A stretch of DNA of 64,000 nucleotides from Thermoproteota archaeon (lineage in GTDB: Archaea; Korarchaeota; Korarchaeia; Korarchaeales; Korarchaeaceae). The first letter of the stretch is position 1. Each line of letters opens with the position of its first letter. The position numbers and the translations under genes were made by a program. The notes beneath the pieces are model-generated. The model worked only from the letters and a program-made list of their open reading frames with translations, did not search any database and was not told the DNA's origin. Shown here in pieces: positions 9,905 to 19,449 of the stretch. The stretch lies in NCBI GenBank assembly GCA_027491915.1, contig JAOZGC010000002.1:480001-544000 (forward strand), in the 5' to 3' direction.

Positions 9905-12031
9905 TCACACCACCCACACCAGGACGTACACGAGCAGGGCCAGCCCGGCGAAGAACAGGAGCAGGTAGTGGTTGACCGCGCCCGTCTGCAGCCTCCTGAA
10001 CTGCCTCCCGATCCAGAGGGCCAGGGCTGGGAGGGCCTCGTTGTAGCCGCGGTCCACCACCCCCCTCTCGAAGGTCCAGCCCAGCTCGCTGGCCCCCCAG
10101 GCGGAAGCCGGCACGAGCCTGTGGTAGAACCCGTCGACCACGATGCTCTCGAAGTATCGGAACCCCGCCCTCGAGAGCCACGCGAACCCCCCGACTATCA
10201 CCCTGTAGTAGAGGCTGTTGACGTACCACCTGTCGTAGAGGAACTCCCTGAGGGCCCGGAGCGGCCCGGGGCCGGCCGCGGCCGCCAGCAGCCTCCCGCC
10301 CGCCGGCGTCTGGTAGGCCACCCACCCCAGGGCCACCCCGCCGAACACCATCGAGAGCGAGGCGGCGAGCATCCCGGGCTCGAGGTGCACCTCGAATCCG
10401 GGGACCTCCCCCAGGGCAAGCACGTTTCTGGAGACGGCCTCCAGGATTCGGGGGCCGACGAGCGGCCAGGCGACGCCGAGCAGGAGGGTGGCCGCCGCCA
10501 GCGTCAGGTAGGGAGCCAGCATGAGCGGGCGGGCCTCGTGCAGCCTGTGCTCCCTCCTGAGGCGGGACACGTTGTCCGACTCCTCGTAGAAGAAGGTCCT
10601 CAGCACAAGGCGGGTGGAGTAGAAGGCGGTCAGCCCGGCCGTGACCACGCCCAGCGCGTACGCGGCCGCGATCCCCGACTCGGCGGCGGCCTCGACGACC
10701 GCGTCCTTGCTCCAGAAACCCATCAGCGGGGGGACCCCGGCCAGGCTGAGCGCGGTCACCAGCATGGAGGCCATGGTGAGCCTCATGGGATCGGACAGGC
10801 GCCCCATGTCGTCCAGGTACTTCGAGTGGACCGCGTGTATCACGGCCCCGGCCCCCAGGAACAGAGCCGCCTTGAACATGGCGTGGCTCATGAAGTGGGA
10901 GAACCCGGCCATGAGCCCGGAGGAGAACTCCCCCATGAGCCCCGCGCTCCCCAGGGCCAGGAACATGTACCCGAGCTGGGAGGCCGTGGAGAAGGCCAGT
11001 ACGAGCTTCAATTCCCGGGCCACTAGGGCCTGGGTGGCCATGAAGAACGCGGTGAAGGCCCCCGCCAGGGCCACCACCTCGAAGTAGGTGGAGACGGCCT
11101 GGGACGCCGCCGGGACGGCGGCCAGCTCGGCCTGGGCCAGCTTGAATATGGGGCCGAACCTCAGCAGGAAGTAGACCCCCGCCTTGACCATCGTGGCGGC
11201 GTGTATCAGGGCGCTGACCGAGGTGGGCCCGGTCATCGCCGTGACCAGCCACTCGTGGAACGGGAACTGGGCGCTCTTCGCCATGGCCCCGAGGGAGAAG
11301 GTCAGCAGGAAGGGCAGCAGGAGCCCCCTGGCGGCCAGCCAGGAAGCCCACTCCCCGGCCGACGACGCTATCTCGGGGATGCTGAAGGTGCCCGTCAGGA
11401 GGTAGAGGACCCCTATCCCCACCAGGAAGCCGACGTCCCCGAGCCTGGTGAACACCAGGGCCCTGAGGCCGCTGTGACTCGGGGTGAACCACATCGGGAC
11501 TCCCAGGGCCCTCCTCCCGACGTCCCCCACGCACCTCTCCTCCTCGTCGGTGTGCCAGTGTCCTATCAGGGCGTAGGACGCCAGGCCGGTCCCCTCCCAT
11601 CCCAGGAACATCACCAGCAGGTTGTCGGCCATGACGAGCAGGAGCATGCTGCCCACGAAGAAGTCGAAGAAGAACCAGTACCTGGTCCTCCCGGGATCCT
11701 CTGCCATGTACTCCAGGCTGTAGATCCCTATCAGGAAGCACAGCCAGGATATTATCAGGGCCATCGCGGCGGACAGGGTGTCCACGTAGACCCCGGCGTC
11801 CAGCCCCAGGCTGGGCACCCAGGGGACCGACCACGTCACCAGGCCCTCTGGGGAGGAGAAGACGTCCCACGCCAGGATCGAGGCCGAGAGGGCCGACACC
11901 CCAAGCAGGGATGCGGCCAGCGCGTCCCTCCCCCTGTCGAGCCTGGACAGGAGCAGGGACAGGACGGCCCCGGCGTAGGGGAGGGCCCAAGTGACGACGG
12001 CCGCGACCTGAGCCGGGTCCACCGTGACCAC
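9905..12031 (-). CDS. nuoL: Complex I-like antiporter subunit L
   Basis: FLGWEGTG, TRLGD, KSAQFPFHEWL..AMTGPTSVSALIHAATMVKAGVY and HAMFKAALFL motifs, plus the long C-terminal helix. Confidence 0.95.
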   Translation of the reverse strand: MVTVDPAQVAAVVTWALPYAGAVLSLLLSRLDRGRDALAASLLGVSALSASILAWDVFSSPEGLVTWSVPWVPSLGLDAGVYVDTLSAAMALIISWLCFLIGIYSLEYMAEDPGRTRYWFFFDFFVGSMLLLVMADNLLVMFLGWEGTGLASYALIGHWHTDEEERCVGDVGRRALGVPMWFTPSHSGLRALVFTRLGDVGFLVGIGVLYLLTGTFSIPEIASSAGEWASWLAARGLLLPFLLTFSLGAMAKSAQFPFHEWLVTAMTGPTSVSALIHAATMVKAGVYFLLRFGPIFKLAQAELAAVPAASQAVSTYFEVVALAGAFTAFFMATQALVARELKLVLAFSTASQLGYMFLALGSAGLMGEFSSGLMAGFSHFMSHAMFKAALFLGAGAVIHAVHSKYLDDMGRLSDPMRLTMASMLVTALSLAGVPPLMGFWSKDAVVEAAAESGIAAAYALGVVTAGLTAFYSTRLVLRTFFYEESDNVSRLRREHRLHEARPLMLAPYLTLAAATLLLGVAWPLVGPRILEAVSRNVLALGEVPGFEVHLEPGMLAASLSMVFGGVALGWVAYQTPAGGRLLAAAAGPGPLRALREFLYDRWYVNSLYYRVIVGGFAWLSRAGFRYFESIVVDGFYHRLVPASAWGASELGWTFERGVVDRGYNEALPALALWIGRQFRRLQTGAVNHYLLLFFAGLALLVYVLVWVV

Positions 12032-12032
12032 C

Positions 12033-13583
12033 TCATCCCAGGATCGAGCTCACCGCGGCGCTCAGCGGATCGAGCACCACGCCCGGCCAGAGGAACAGCA
12101 GGATCCCGGCGGCCGCCACGACCGCCATCGGACCCAGCAGGGTCCAGCCGGCCTCCTCTGCCCCCTCGGTCCGATCCGTCGGCTGGCCGAAGAATATCCT
12201 CTTCATGGTCAGGAAGGCGTAGGCCGTGGAGAGCCCTATGCCGACGAGTAGGATCAGCACCATGGCCGAGAAGTAGGCGGCCGACCCGCCCACGGCGGTG
12301 CCGGCCAGCCCGGTCAGTATCAGGATCTCGCTCCAGAGCCCCAGGGACGGGGGTATCCCGGTTATGTGCATGAACCCCAACAGGGCCAGGGACGACGTCA
12401 TCGGCATCCTGGAGGCCAGCCCCCCCATCTTGGATATGCTCCTGAGGCCGTCCATCTGCACTATCAGGACCCCGGCCGTCGAGAAGAGCAGGGCCTTCCC
12501 CACCGCGTGGGCCGCGTAGTGGGTCATGGCCCCGGCGACGCCGGCCGGGGTCAGGGTCGACACCCCGGCCAGTATGTAACCCATCTGGGACACGCTGGAG
12601 TAGGCCAGCAGCCTCTTGAAGTCGTCCTGGGCGAGGGCCATCAGCCCCCCGTAGACTATGGTGAACAGCCCCAGGGGCAGGGTGTAGGTGGCCAGGCGGG
12701 CGAACTCGGCCGGGAACATGGGGTACACTATCCTGACCAGGGCGTAGCCCGCGATGCCTATCAGGTTGGGGGACAGCAGGGCCGAGACGGGGGTGGGCGC
12801 CTCGGCGTGCGCGTACGGAAGCCATATGTGGACCCCGAACACCGCCAGCTTGACGAAGAGCCCGAGGCAGAGGGCCGCCACCACCGGCATCCTCAGGCCG
12901 GCCGGGAGGAGGGCCCCAACCTCGACGGGCCGCAGGAGCTCCGGATCATAGAAGTCGAAGGTCCCGGCCGCAAGCCCGGCGACCAGCGCGCCGACCAAGA
13001 AGACCAGGGCACCCACGTGCGTCCATATCAGGTACAGGAGGGCTATCCTCCCCCGGTTCCCGTATCCGTAGAAGGCTATCAGGAGGAAGCTGGGCAGGAG
13101 CGACACCTCCAGGAAGAGGTAGAACTCTATCAGGTTGGTGGACAGGACCGTCCCCATCATGGCCGCGGCGAACATGACGTAGAGCATGTAGTAGACGCCC
13201 CAGCCGGGCGCACCCCCTCCCTCCTCCCGCTCGAACTCCTCGAAGCGGTGCTCCATGTACCTCAGGGAGTACACCGAGATCGTCACGGTCACCAGGGCTA
13301 TGGAGATGGCCAGCGGCGCGCTGAGCCCGTCCAGGAGCATGCTGAACCTCCCTATGGACTCGGATCGGAAGAACACCGGATCGACGACCGGCCCCCCGAG
13401 GCCGAACCTCGCCGCGATCCACGCCACGGCGGCGGCCGGGATCATCAGCAGGACGGTCCCGGCGGCCGCGGTCCCCCTCCTGCCCAGGGAATCGTCCAGG
13501 AGCGGGAGCGCCAGCGAGATCGCGATGGGGGCGACCACGCTGGTGAACAGGATGGGACTGTCCAGGATCAACTCACTCACCAC
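12033..13583 (-). CDS. nuoM: Complex I-like antiporter subunit M
   Basis: FYLFLE, HIWLPYAHAEAPT, QDDFKRLLAYSSVSQMG and MGGLA motifs. Confidence 0.92.
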   Translation of the reverse strand: MVSELILDSPILFTSVVAPIAISLALPLLDDSLGRRGTAAAGTVLLMIPAAAVAWIAARFGLGGPVVDPVFFRSESIGRFSMLLDGLSAPLAISIALVTVTISVYSLRYMEHRFEEFEREEGGGAPGWGVYYMLYVMFAAAMMGTVLSTNLIEFYLFLEVSLLPSFLLIAFYGYGNRGRIALLYLIWTHVGALVFLVGALVAGLAAGTFDFYDPELLRPVEVGALLPAGLRMPVVAALCLGLFVKLAVFGVHIWLPYAHAEAPTPVSALLSPNLIGIAGYALVRIVYPMFPAEFARLATYTLPLGLFTIVYGGLMALAQDDFKRLLAYSSVSQMGYILAGVSTLTPAGVAGAMTHYAAHAVGKALLFSTAGVLIVQMDGLRSISKMGGLASRMPMTSSLALLGFMHITGIPPSLGLWSEILILTGLAGTAVGGSAAYFSAMVLILLVGIGLSTAYAFLTMKRIFFGQPTDRTEGAEEAGWTLLGPMAVVAAAGILLFLWPGVVLDPLSAAVSSILG

Positions 13584-13893
13584 CCTCCCTAAGTCCGTAA
13601 ACGTCCAGGCTCCCCCTCAACCTGAACATGAGCACGGCCAGCGAGACCACAACCCCTATCTCCGCGGCCCCCAGGGACACGGCCAGGAGGGCGAGGACGC
13701 CGCCCTCCGCGGCCCCAACCCGAGACGCGGAGGTCAGGGCCAGCAGGGCCAGCAGGGCCGCGTTGAACATCAGCTCCGTGGCCAGGAGCATGCGTATGAC
13801 GTTCCTCCGCGTGAGGACCCCGTAGAGCCCCACGCAGAACATGATCGACGAGACGACCAGGTAGGCGTAGGGGTTCCCAGCGATCGCGATCAC
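13573..13893 (-). CDS. nuoK: Complex I-like subunit K
   Basis: GLYGVLTRRNVIRML..ELMFNA..AAEIG; three TM segments. Confidence 0.92.
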   Translation of the reverse strand: MIAIAGNPYAYLVVSSIMFCVGLYGVLTRRNVIRMLLATELMFNAALLALLALTSASRVGAAEGGVLALLAVSLGAAEIGVVVSLAVLMFRLRGSLDVYGLREGGE

Positions 13894-14408
13894 CTGCCGT
13901 CACCCCCCTCCCCGCCCCCGTGGGCCTCCCTCCTGGCCAGGGCCAGCGCCTCTATCATGGTGGCCGCCAGGGCGGCCGCGGCCACCAGCAGGGCGAACCA
14001 GTACCTCTCCGTCATCGCCGAGGCCATCTCGGAGATGGGGATTGCCCCGCTGGCCAGGCTGAGCGACCCCTCCGGCCGGAACAGCAGCGCCAGGGAGGCG
14101 AAGATCAGGATCGCCGTGAAGACGGCCGCCCCCCTGGCCTCGGCCTCCACCGGGGGGGCCTCCCTCATCATGACGACGGAGAATATGATGAACGTCACGG
14201 CGGCCCCGACGTAGACCGCGAGCTGGAAGACCGCCACCGCGGTGAATCCGAGTTCGGCGAAGAGGGCGGCGTTGAACGCCCCGACCATGCCCAGGAACAG
14301 GGCGGAGTACACCATGGACCTGGACCTTATCACCATGACCGAGGACGCCACCGCGCAGGCGGCGGACGCCAGGAAGGCGAGGTCGGCCAGGTCAACCCAC
14401 GGGCTCAT
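13890..14408 (-). CDS. nuoJ: Complex I-like subunit J
   Basis: VYSALFL and QLAVYVGAAV motifs; position between nuoI and nuoK. Confidence 0.88.
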   Translation of the reverse strand: MSPWVDLADLAFLASAACAVASSVMVIRSRSMVYSALFLGMVGAFNAALFAELGFTAVAVFQLAVYVGAAVTFIIFSVVMMREAPPVEAEARGAAVFTAILIFASLALLFRPEGSLSLASGAIPISEMASAMTERYWFALLVAAAALAATMIEALALARREAHGGGEGGDGR

Positions 14409-14943
14409 ACGATATCCCCCTCCTCTCGTCCATCACGGGCCTGAGCCTCTTGGGGGGCCTCTCGAACTCCACGGTCGGGGGACCGGCGGCGAACTCCTCC
14501 GGCCGGTAGAGCATGTCCTCCACCCTCTCGTACGCGGCGTCGTGAACCTTGCTGTGCTCCAGGGCCCCGGTCGGGCAGATGTCGACGCAGAAACCGCAGA
14601 AGATGCACCTCGCGTAGTCTATCCCCGGATGCCTCTTCGGGGGGGTCTCGGGCTTCTCCCCCCCGCCCTCGCCCCCGCCCCCTCCCGAGGGCAGGTACAT
14701 CTTTATGGCGTTCGCGGGGCATATGGTGGCGCAGAGCCCGCAGCTTATGCACAGGTCCTGGTGGTAGATCAGCATCCCCCTGTACCCGTCGGGCAGCTCT
14801 ATCACCTCGTCCGGGTACTTCACCGTCATCCTGGGGACCGCGATCAGGTACTTGAGCCCGGTCCCGACGGCCTTCAGGTGGCCCCACAGGCTGACCACGG
14901 GGTTCCTCCCCCCGCGCCCTCCGACCTCCTCGACTCCGCCCAT
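14392..14943 (-). CDS. nuoI: Complex I-like subunit I (2x[4Fe-4S])
   Basis: TVKYP..YRG, CISCGLCATICP and CIFCGFCVDICP motifs. Confidence 0.94.
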   Translation of the reverse strand: MGGVEEVGGRGGRNPVVSLWGHLKAVGTGLKYLIAVPRMTVKYPDEVIELPDGYRGMLIYHQDLCISCGLCATICPANAIKMYLPSGGGGGEGGGEKPETPPKRHPGIDYARCIFCGFCVDICPTGALEHSKVHDAAYERVEDMLYRPEEFAAGPPTVEFERPPKRLRPVMDERRGISYEPVG

Positions 14944-14947
14944 GACC

Positions 14948-15973
14948 TCACGCCCCCGTCAGACCCAACCACGCCGCGCCCATCGAGACGAACACGGACG
15001 CGACGGACAGCGGCAGCAGGTAGTGCCAGGCCAGCCTGATGGCCTGATCCACCCTGTACCTCGGGTAGACTGCCCTCAGGAAGACCCCCAAGGCCATGAG
15101 GGCCAGGGCCTTCGCGAACACCACCACGCCCGGCCCGAACGGGACGGCCGCCAGCTGGGGCGGGACCGGTTCCCACCCGCCGAGGAACATTATCGAGAAC
15201 AGGAGGCACAGGACGTAGTACTTCAGGTAGGAGGCCCCCATGGTCAGGCCGTACATTATGCCGCTGTACTCCGTGAAGGGCCCCATCACCAGCTCGCTCT
15301 CGGCCTCCGATATCTCGAACGGGAACCTGGAGGTGGCCAGGAAGGATATCACCAGGAAGACGAACGCAGCCAGCGGATTCAGCGCCACCCCCCAGGCGGT
15401 CTCGGCCTGGACCTCCACCATGTCCACCAGGTCCAACGTCCCGTAGGCCGCCGCCATGGACAGGGCCGCGACGAAGAGGGGTATCTCGTAGGCCATGGAC
15501 AGGAACCCCTCCCTCAGTCCCCCTATGAGGGAGAACTTGTTGTTCCCGGCCCAGCCGATTATCAGGGTCATGGCGGCCCCGAGCGTCAGCAGCGCCAGGA
15601 CTATCAGCAGGGAGACGTCGCTCCTGATCGCGTAGAACGTGCCGCTGACCGGGATGGCCACGACCGGGAGGAGCGTCAGCCCGAACAGCAGCGCGGGCCC
15701 CATCACGAAGGCCAGCGCGTCGGCCTCCTCCGGGATTATCGGCTCGGCGAAGAGGTACCTTATCAGGTCCGCCACGAGCTGCGTCGCGCCCCCCAGGTGC
15801 CTGAGCACGTAGTAGGGGCCGAACCTCCTCTGAACCTTCGCCGCCAGCTTCCTCTCGAACCATATTATGAACAGCAGAACGGCGAAGGCGGACACGAGCC
15901 CCGGGTATATCAGGGGCACGAACACCCAGGGAGAGAGAAGTAGACCCAGGATCCAGCCCAGGGCGCCCATCAC
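14948..15973 (-). CDS. nuoH: Complex I-like subunit H
   Basis: ERKLAAKVQRRFGP, YEIP and RFPFEISEAESELVMGPFTEYSG motifs. Confidence 0.95.
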   Translation of the reverse strand: MMGALGWILGLLLSPWVFVPLIYPGLVSAFAVLLFIIWFERKLAAKVQRRFGPYYVLRHLGGATQLVADLIRYLFAEPIIPEEADALAFVMGPALLFGLTLLPVVAIPVSGTFYAIRSDVSLLIVLALLTLGAAMTLIIGWAGNNKFSLIGGLREGFLSMAYEIPLFVAALSMAAAYGTLDLVDMVEVQAETAWGVALNPLAAFVFLVISFLATSRFPFEISEAESELVMGPFTEYSGIMYGLTMGASYLKYYVLCLLFSIMFLGGWEPVPPQLAAVPFGPGVVVFAKALALMALGVFLRAVYPRYRVDQAIRLAWHYLLPLSVASVFVSMGAAWLGLTGA

Positions 15974-17151
15974 CGATCAGCCTCCGGCGGGAAGTAGTCC
16001 AGGCTGCCGTATATCGCCGGGATGTCCGCCACCCTGCAGCCCCTGGTCAGGTGCGAGAACAGCACCACGTTCCTGAGGGAGGGGGTGACCATCCTCATCC
16101 TGTAGGGCCTCGGGCCCCCGTCGCTCACCAGGTAGAACACCGCCTCCCCCCTGGCCGCCTCCACCCTTGACACGGCCTCCGCGCCCTTCGGCGGCCTGAG
16201 GGATGCCAGGATCGCCGGGAACTTGATCCTCCCGGTCTCCCTGACGTAGTCCCTCCACTTCGGGGGGATCATCTTGGCGTACCTCTCGGCCAGTATGGGC
16301 CCGTCGGGCATGCGCGCCAGGATCTGCCTTATCATTCGGATGCTCTCCCTGATCTCCCCGACCCTGACCAGCATCCTGGCCATGGAGTCTCCCTCGCTCC
16401 TGGTGACCACCTGGAAGTCCAGCTCCGGGTAGGCCGCGTAGGGCCTCGCCCTCCTGACATCGTAGGCCACTCCGGAGGCCCTGAGGTTGGGTCCGACGAC
16501 CCCGAGCCTTATGGCGTCCTCGCGCGTGAGGACCCCGACCCCCTCGAGCCTCGCCCTCGTTACGGGGTTGCTGAAGAAGATCCTGTCGTAGTCCGGCAGC
16601 CTCCTCTCCAGGTACCTGAGGGCCTTCTCCATCTCCTCGGCGAATCCCGGCGGGAGGTCCCTCCTCACCCCGCCCGGTATCATGTAGGAGTAGGTTATCC
16701 TGGCCCCGGTGAGCCTCTTGGCCATCTCTATCATGATCTCCCTGTCCCCGAAGGCCCACATGAAGGCCGTGGACGAGCCCAGCATTATCCCGTGGATCCC
16801 GAGTCCGTAGAGGTGGCTGTGTATCCTGTTCATCTCGGCCAGGAGGGTCCTGAGCCACTGGGCCCTGGGCGGCGCCTCCACCCCCAGGAGCCTCTCCACC
16901 GCCATCACGTACCCCAGGTTGTGGTTGGCGGTGTCGGCCAGGGGGGGCCTCTCTATCAGCGGGATCGTCTGGAGGTAGGTCTTGGTCTCCGCTATCTTCT
17001 CGACCGTCCTGTGGACGTACCCTATGTCCGGCCTCAGCCTGACCACGACGTCCCCGTCTACCTCGGCGACCAGCCTCATGTGGCCGGAGGCCGGGTGCTG
17101 TGGACCTATCAGCAGCTCGAGAGTCCTCTCCCCGCTCCCGGCGCCGCTCAT
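15970..17151 (-). CDS. nuoD: Complex I-like subunit D (no [NiFe] cysteines)
   Basis: GPQHP, IGYVHRTVEK, GPNLRASGVAYDVR, EAARGE and a C-terminal GSLDYFPPEADR. Confidence 0.92.
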   Translation of the reverse strand: MSGAGSGERTLELLIGPQHPASGHMRLVAEVDGDVVVRLRPDIGYVHRTVEKIAETKTYLQTIPLIERPPLADTANHNLGYVMAVERLLGVEAPPRAQWLRTLLAEMNRIHSHLYGLGIHGIMLGSSTAFMWAFGDREIMIEMAKRLTGARITYSYMIPGGVRRDLPPGFAEEMEKALRYLERRLPDYDRIFFSNPVTRARLEGVGVLTREDAIRLGVVGPNLRASGVAYDVRRARPYAAYPELDFQVVTRSEGDSMARMLVRVGEIRESIRMIRQILARMPDGPILAERYAKMIPPKWRDYVRETGRIKFPAILASLRPPKGAEAVSRVEAARGEAVFYLVSDGGPRPYRMRMVTPSLRNVVLFSHLTRGCRVADIPAIYGSLDYFPPEADR

Positions 17152-17642
17152 GCGTTTATCCCCTCCGTCGGTATCTTGAAGTCCTTCCTCAGCGGCGGGG
17201 GACCCCCGAAGTCCTCTGGTAGGAGGAGCCTCTCCAGCTCAGGGTGTCCCTCGAAGATCACCCCCAGCATCTCCCACTGCTCCCTCTCCTGGTAGAGGGC
17301 GCTCGGCCAGATCTCGGTCAGCGTGGGGACCCTGGGGTCGTCCCTCGGGACCGACGTCCTGAGCTCCGCGATGATCCCCGTCAGCCCGGGGTTCCCGTAG
17401 GAGGACGCGTGGTACACCACCTCTATGATCCCCTCCCCGGGCCTGTCTATGGCCGTGACCGCCTTCACGTGGTCGAATCCCAGCCTGAGGAGCCTCTCGG
17501 CCGCCTCCCTGAGATCCTCCGGCCTGACCCTTATGGACACCACCTCTCCCCTGACCGAGAGCTCCGAGGAGATTCCCGAGAGGGCGCCCTCTATGGGCGC
17601 GGCCACCTCCCCGACCTCAGACCCGGAGGCCAACGGACTCAC
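17148..17642 (-). CDS. nuoC: Complex I-like subunit C
   Basis: TAID, VVYH and EREQWEMLGVIFEGHPELERLLL..PLRKDF motifs. Confidence 0.93.
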   Translation of the reverse strand: MSPLASGSEVGEVAAPIEGALSGISSELSVRGEVVSIRVRPEDLREAAERLLRLGFDHVKAVTAIDRPGEGIIEVVYHASSYGNPGLTGIIAELRTSVPRDDPRVPTLTEIWPSALYQEREQWEMLGVIFEGHPELERLLLPEDFGGPPPLRKDFKIPTEGINA

Positions 17643-18141
17643 CCCTCTCTATCCTCTTCTGCAGCATTATGATCGACCTGGCCACGGCCTCCGGCCTCGG
17701 CGGGCAGCCCGGGACGAACACCTCCACGGGCAGTATGTCCTTGGGCCTGACTATGTTGTAGCTGTTCCAGAATATCCCCCCGTCTATCGCGCAGGCGCCC
17801 ATGGACATGACGAACTTCGGCTCGGGCATCTGCTCGTAGACCCACACGGCGGCCTCGGCCATCTTCCTCGTCAGGGTTCCCTCTATCAGCATCAGGTTGC
17901 ACTGCCTCGGCCCCACGAACGGGAGGAACCCGAACCTCTCGGCGTCGAACCTGGGGGCCGACGCGGCGGCGAACTCCGCCCCGCAGCACGCGGTGGTGAA
18001 GTGGACCGGCCAGAGCGAGAACTTGATCCCCCAGTCCCTTATCCCCCTCACCGGGGTCCTCTCCACCAGCCACCTGGCGGCCCTCCTGGCCGACCTCTCC
18101 AGGTTGCCCACCAGCACGGTCCCGCTCAGTCCGCAGACCAT
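17617..18141 (-). CDS. nuoB: Complex I-like subunit B (N2 cluster)
   Basis: SLWP..TACCGAEF (tandem Cys), QMPEPKFVMSMGAC and PGCPPRPE motifs; start assigned to ATG 18141. Confidence 0.95.
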   Translation of the reverse strand: MVCGLSGTVLVGNLERSARRAARWLVERTPVRGIRDWGIKFSLWPVHFTTACCGAEFAAASAPRFDAERFGFLPFVGPRQCNLMLIEGTLTRKMAEAAVWVYEQMPEPKFVMSMGACAIDGGIFWNSYNIVRPKDILPVEVFVPGCPPRPEAVARSIIMLQKRIERGESVGLRV

Positions 18142-18512
18142 AGCTCTATCCTCCCGGCCAGTCTCAGGCCGTAGACCAGGGGCGGGAGGAGCAGGGCGAA
18201 TATGCCGGCGAACACGCCGGCCGCCCTGACCGGGGCGGACGCCGCGGTCAGGCACACGAAGAAGGAGTACACCATCGCCGGCTCGACCGTCAGGAAGAGG
18301 ATGAGGTAGGGATAGTACTGCATCCAGAACATCCCCCTGGCCCTGCCGACCGGCGGGTTGGCGCACTCGTACCTCTTCCTCTTCTTTGGTAGCTCCCTGG
18401 TCGGGGAGAGGATCCGCCCGAGGGCGAAACCCACCACTCCGATGCCGACGCCCAGCGCCAGGGCGACGGCGAACGCCAGGATCGCCTGCCCCCCCGCCGC
18501 CTGAACGGCCAT
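18126..18512 (-). CDS. nuoA: Complex I-like subunit A
   Basis: KRKRYECANPP and MQYYPYLILFLTVEP motifs; three TM segments. Confidence 0.92.
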   Translation of the reverse strand: MAVQAAGGQAILAFAVALALGVGIGVVGFALGRILSPTRELPKKRKRYECANPPVGRARGMFWMQYYPYLILFLTVEPAMVYSFFVCLTAASAPVRAAGVFAGIFALLLPPLVYGLRLAGRIELWSAD

Positions 18513-18540
18513 TCAACCACCCTCGCCGGGCGGGCGCCAG

Positions 18541-18566
18541 TCAATATTAAAAACTTTAACAAAATG
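18541..18566 (-). promoter_or_regulatory. AT-rich TATA/BRE promoter of the nuo-like operon
   Basis: Minus strand reads GTTAAAGTTTTTAATATT about 30 nt upstream of the nuoA ATG, in an otherwise GC-rich background. Confidence 0.6.
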
Positions 18567-18706
18567 TGGGATCTCCCACCCCAGAGGCCGCCGGGCGATC
18601 AGGCCTGCGCCCCATCGTTCCGGGGCCCAATCCCAGCACAAGCTCCTCCTCTGGCGGGGAACTCCCATAGGCCCCGCTTTTATAGGCCCGCCCTCCCCGG
18701 GTCCCG

Positions 18707-19414
18707 ATGCTGGAGGGGATCGGGTTCGTCGTGGTGGGGCACAGGGGGGCGAGCGCCTACGAGCCGGAGAACACCCTGGCTTCCATCAGGAGGGCCCTGG
18801 ACATGGGGGCCGACGCGGTGGAGGTGGACGTCAGGCTCTCGGCCGACGGAGTCCCCGTCGTGATCCACGACGACACGGTGGATCGGACCACGGACGGGAC
18901 CGGGAGGGTCGGGGACATGTCGCTGGACGAGCTCAGGGGGCTGGACGCCGGGGGAGGGGAGAGGATTCCCACGCTGGGCGAGGCGCTGGGGGAGGTCCGG
19001 GGCAGGGGGGTCCTCTTCCTGGAGCTCAAGGTCCGGGAGGCGGCCGCCCCAGCCCTGGACCTCGTGAGGGGGGAGGACATGCTGGAAGAGGTCCTCTTCA
19101 CGTCCTTCTCCGCCGAGACCCTCCGGGACCTCCGGGAGGCGGAGCCCTCCTCCCACCTGGGACTGATATACCTCAAGCCGTCCGACGGGGTGGTGGGGGC
19201 CAGGAGGCTGGGGTGCGAGTTCGTCCTTCCCTTCCACAGGATGGCCACGGCCCGGGCCGTGGCCTTCGCCCACAGGATGGGGCTGAGGGTGATCCCCTGG
19301 GTGGTGGACGACCCCGGGATGGCGGCGGAGTACGCCTCCAGGGGGGTCGACGGGGTGGCCACCAACAGGCCCGACGTCATGGTCGATCTCAGGAGGTCCC
19401 TCGGCCTGGGGTGA
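18707..19414 (+). CDS. Glycerophosphodiester phosphodiesterase
   Basis: GHRGAS..PENTL, EVDV, VIHDDTVDRTT, ELK and DGVATNRPD motifs. Confidence 0.93.
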   Translation: MLEGIGFVVVGHRGASAYEPENTLASIRRALDMGADAVEVDVRLSADGVPVVIHDDTVDRTTDGTGRVGDMSLDELRGLDAGGGERIPTLGEALGEVRGRGVLFLELKVREAAAPALDLVRGEDMLEEVLFTSFSAETLRDLREAEPSSHLGLIYLKPSDGVVGARRLGCEFVLPFHRMATARAVAFAHRMGLRVIPWVVDDPGMAAEYASRGVDGVATNRPDVMVDLRRSLGLG

Positions 19415-19449
19415 CGGGGCGGGGCTTTTATCGGTCCGGGTCGGTCCCG

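Noticed and set aside
15970-18141. Group 4 [NiFe]-hydrogenase or Mbx interpretation
   Set aside because: No CxxC motifs in the D subunit, tandem CC in NuoB, and no Mrp-type small subunits.
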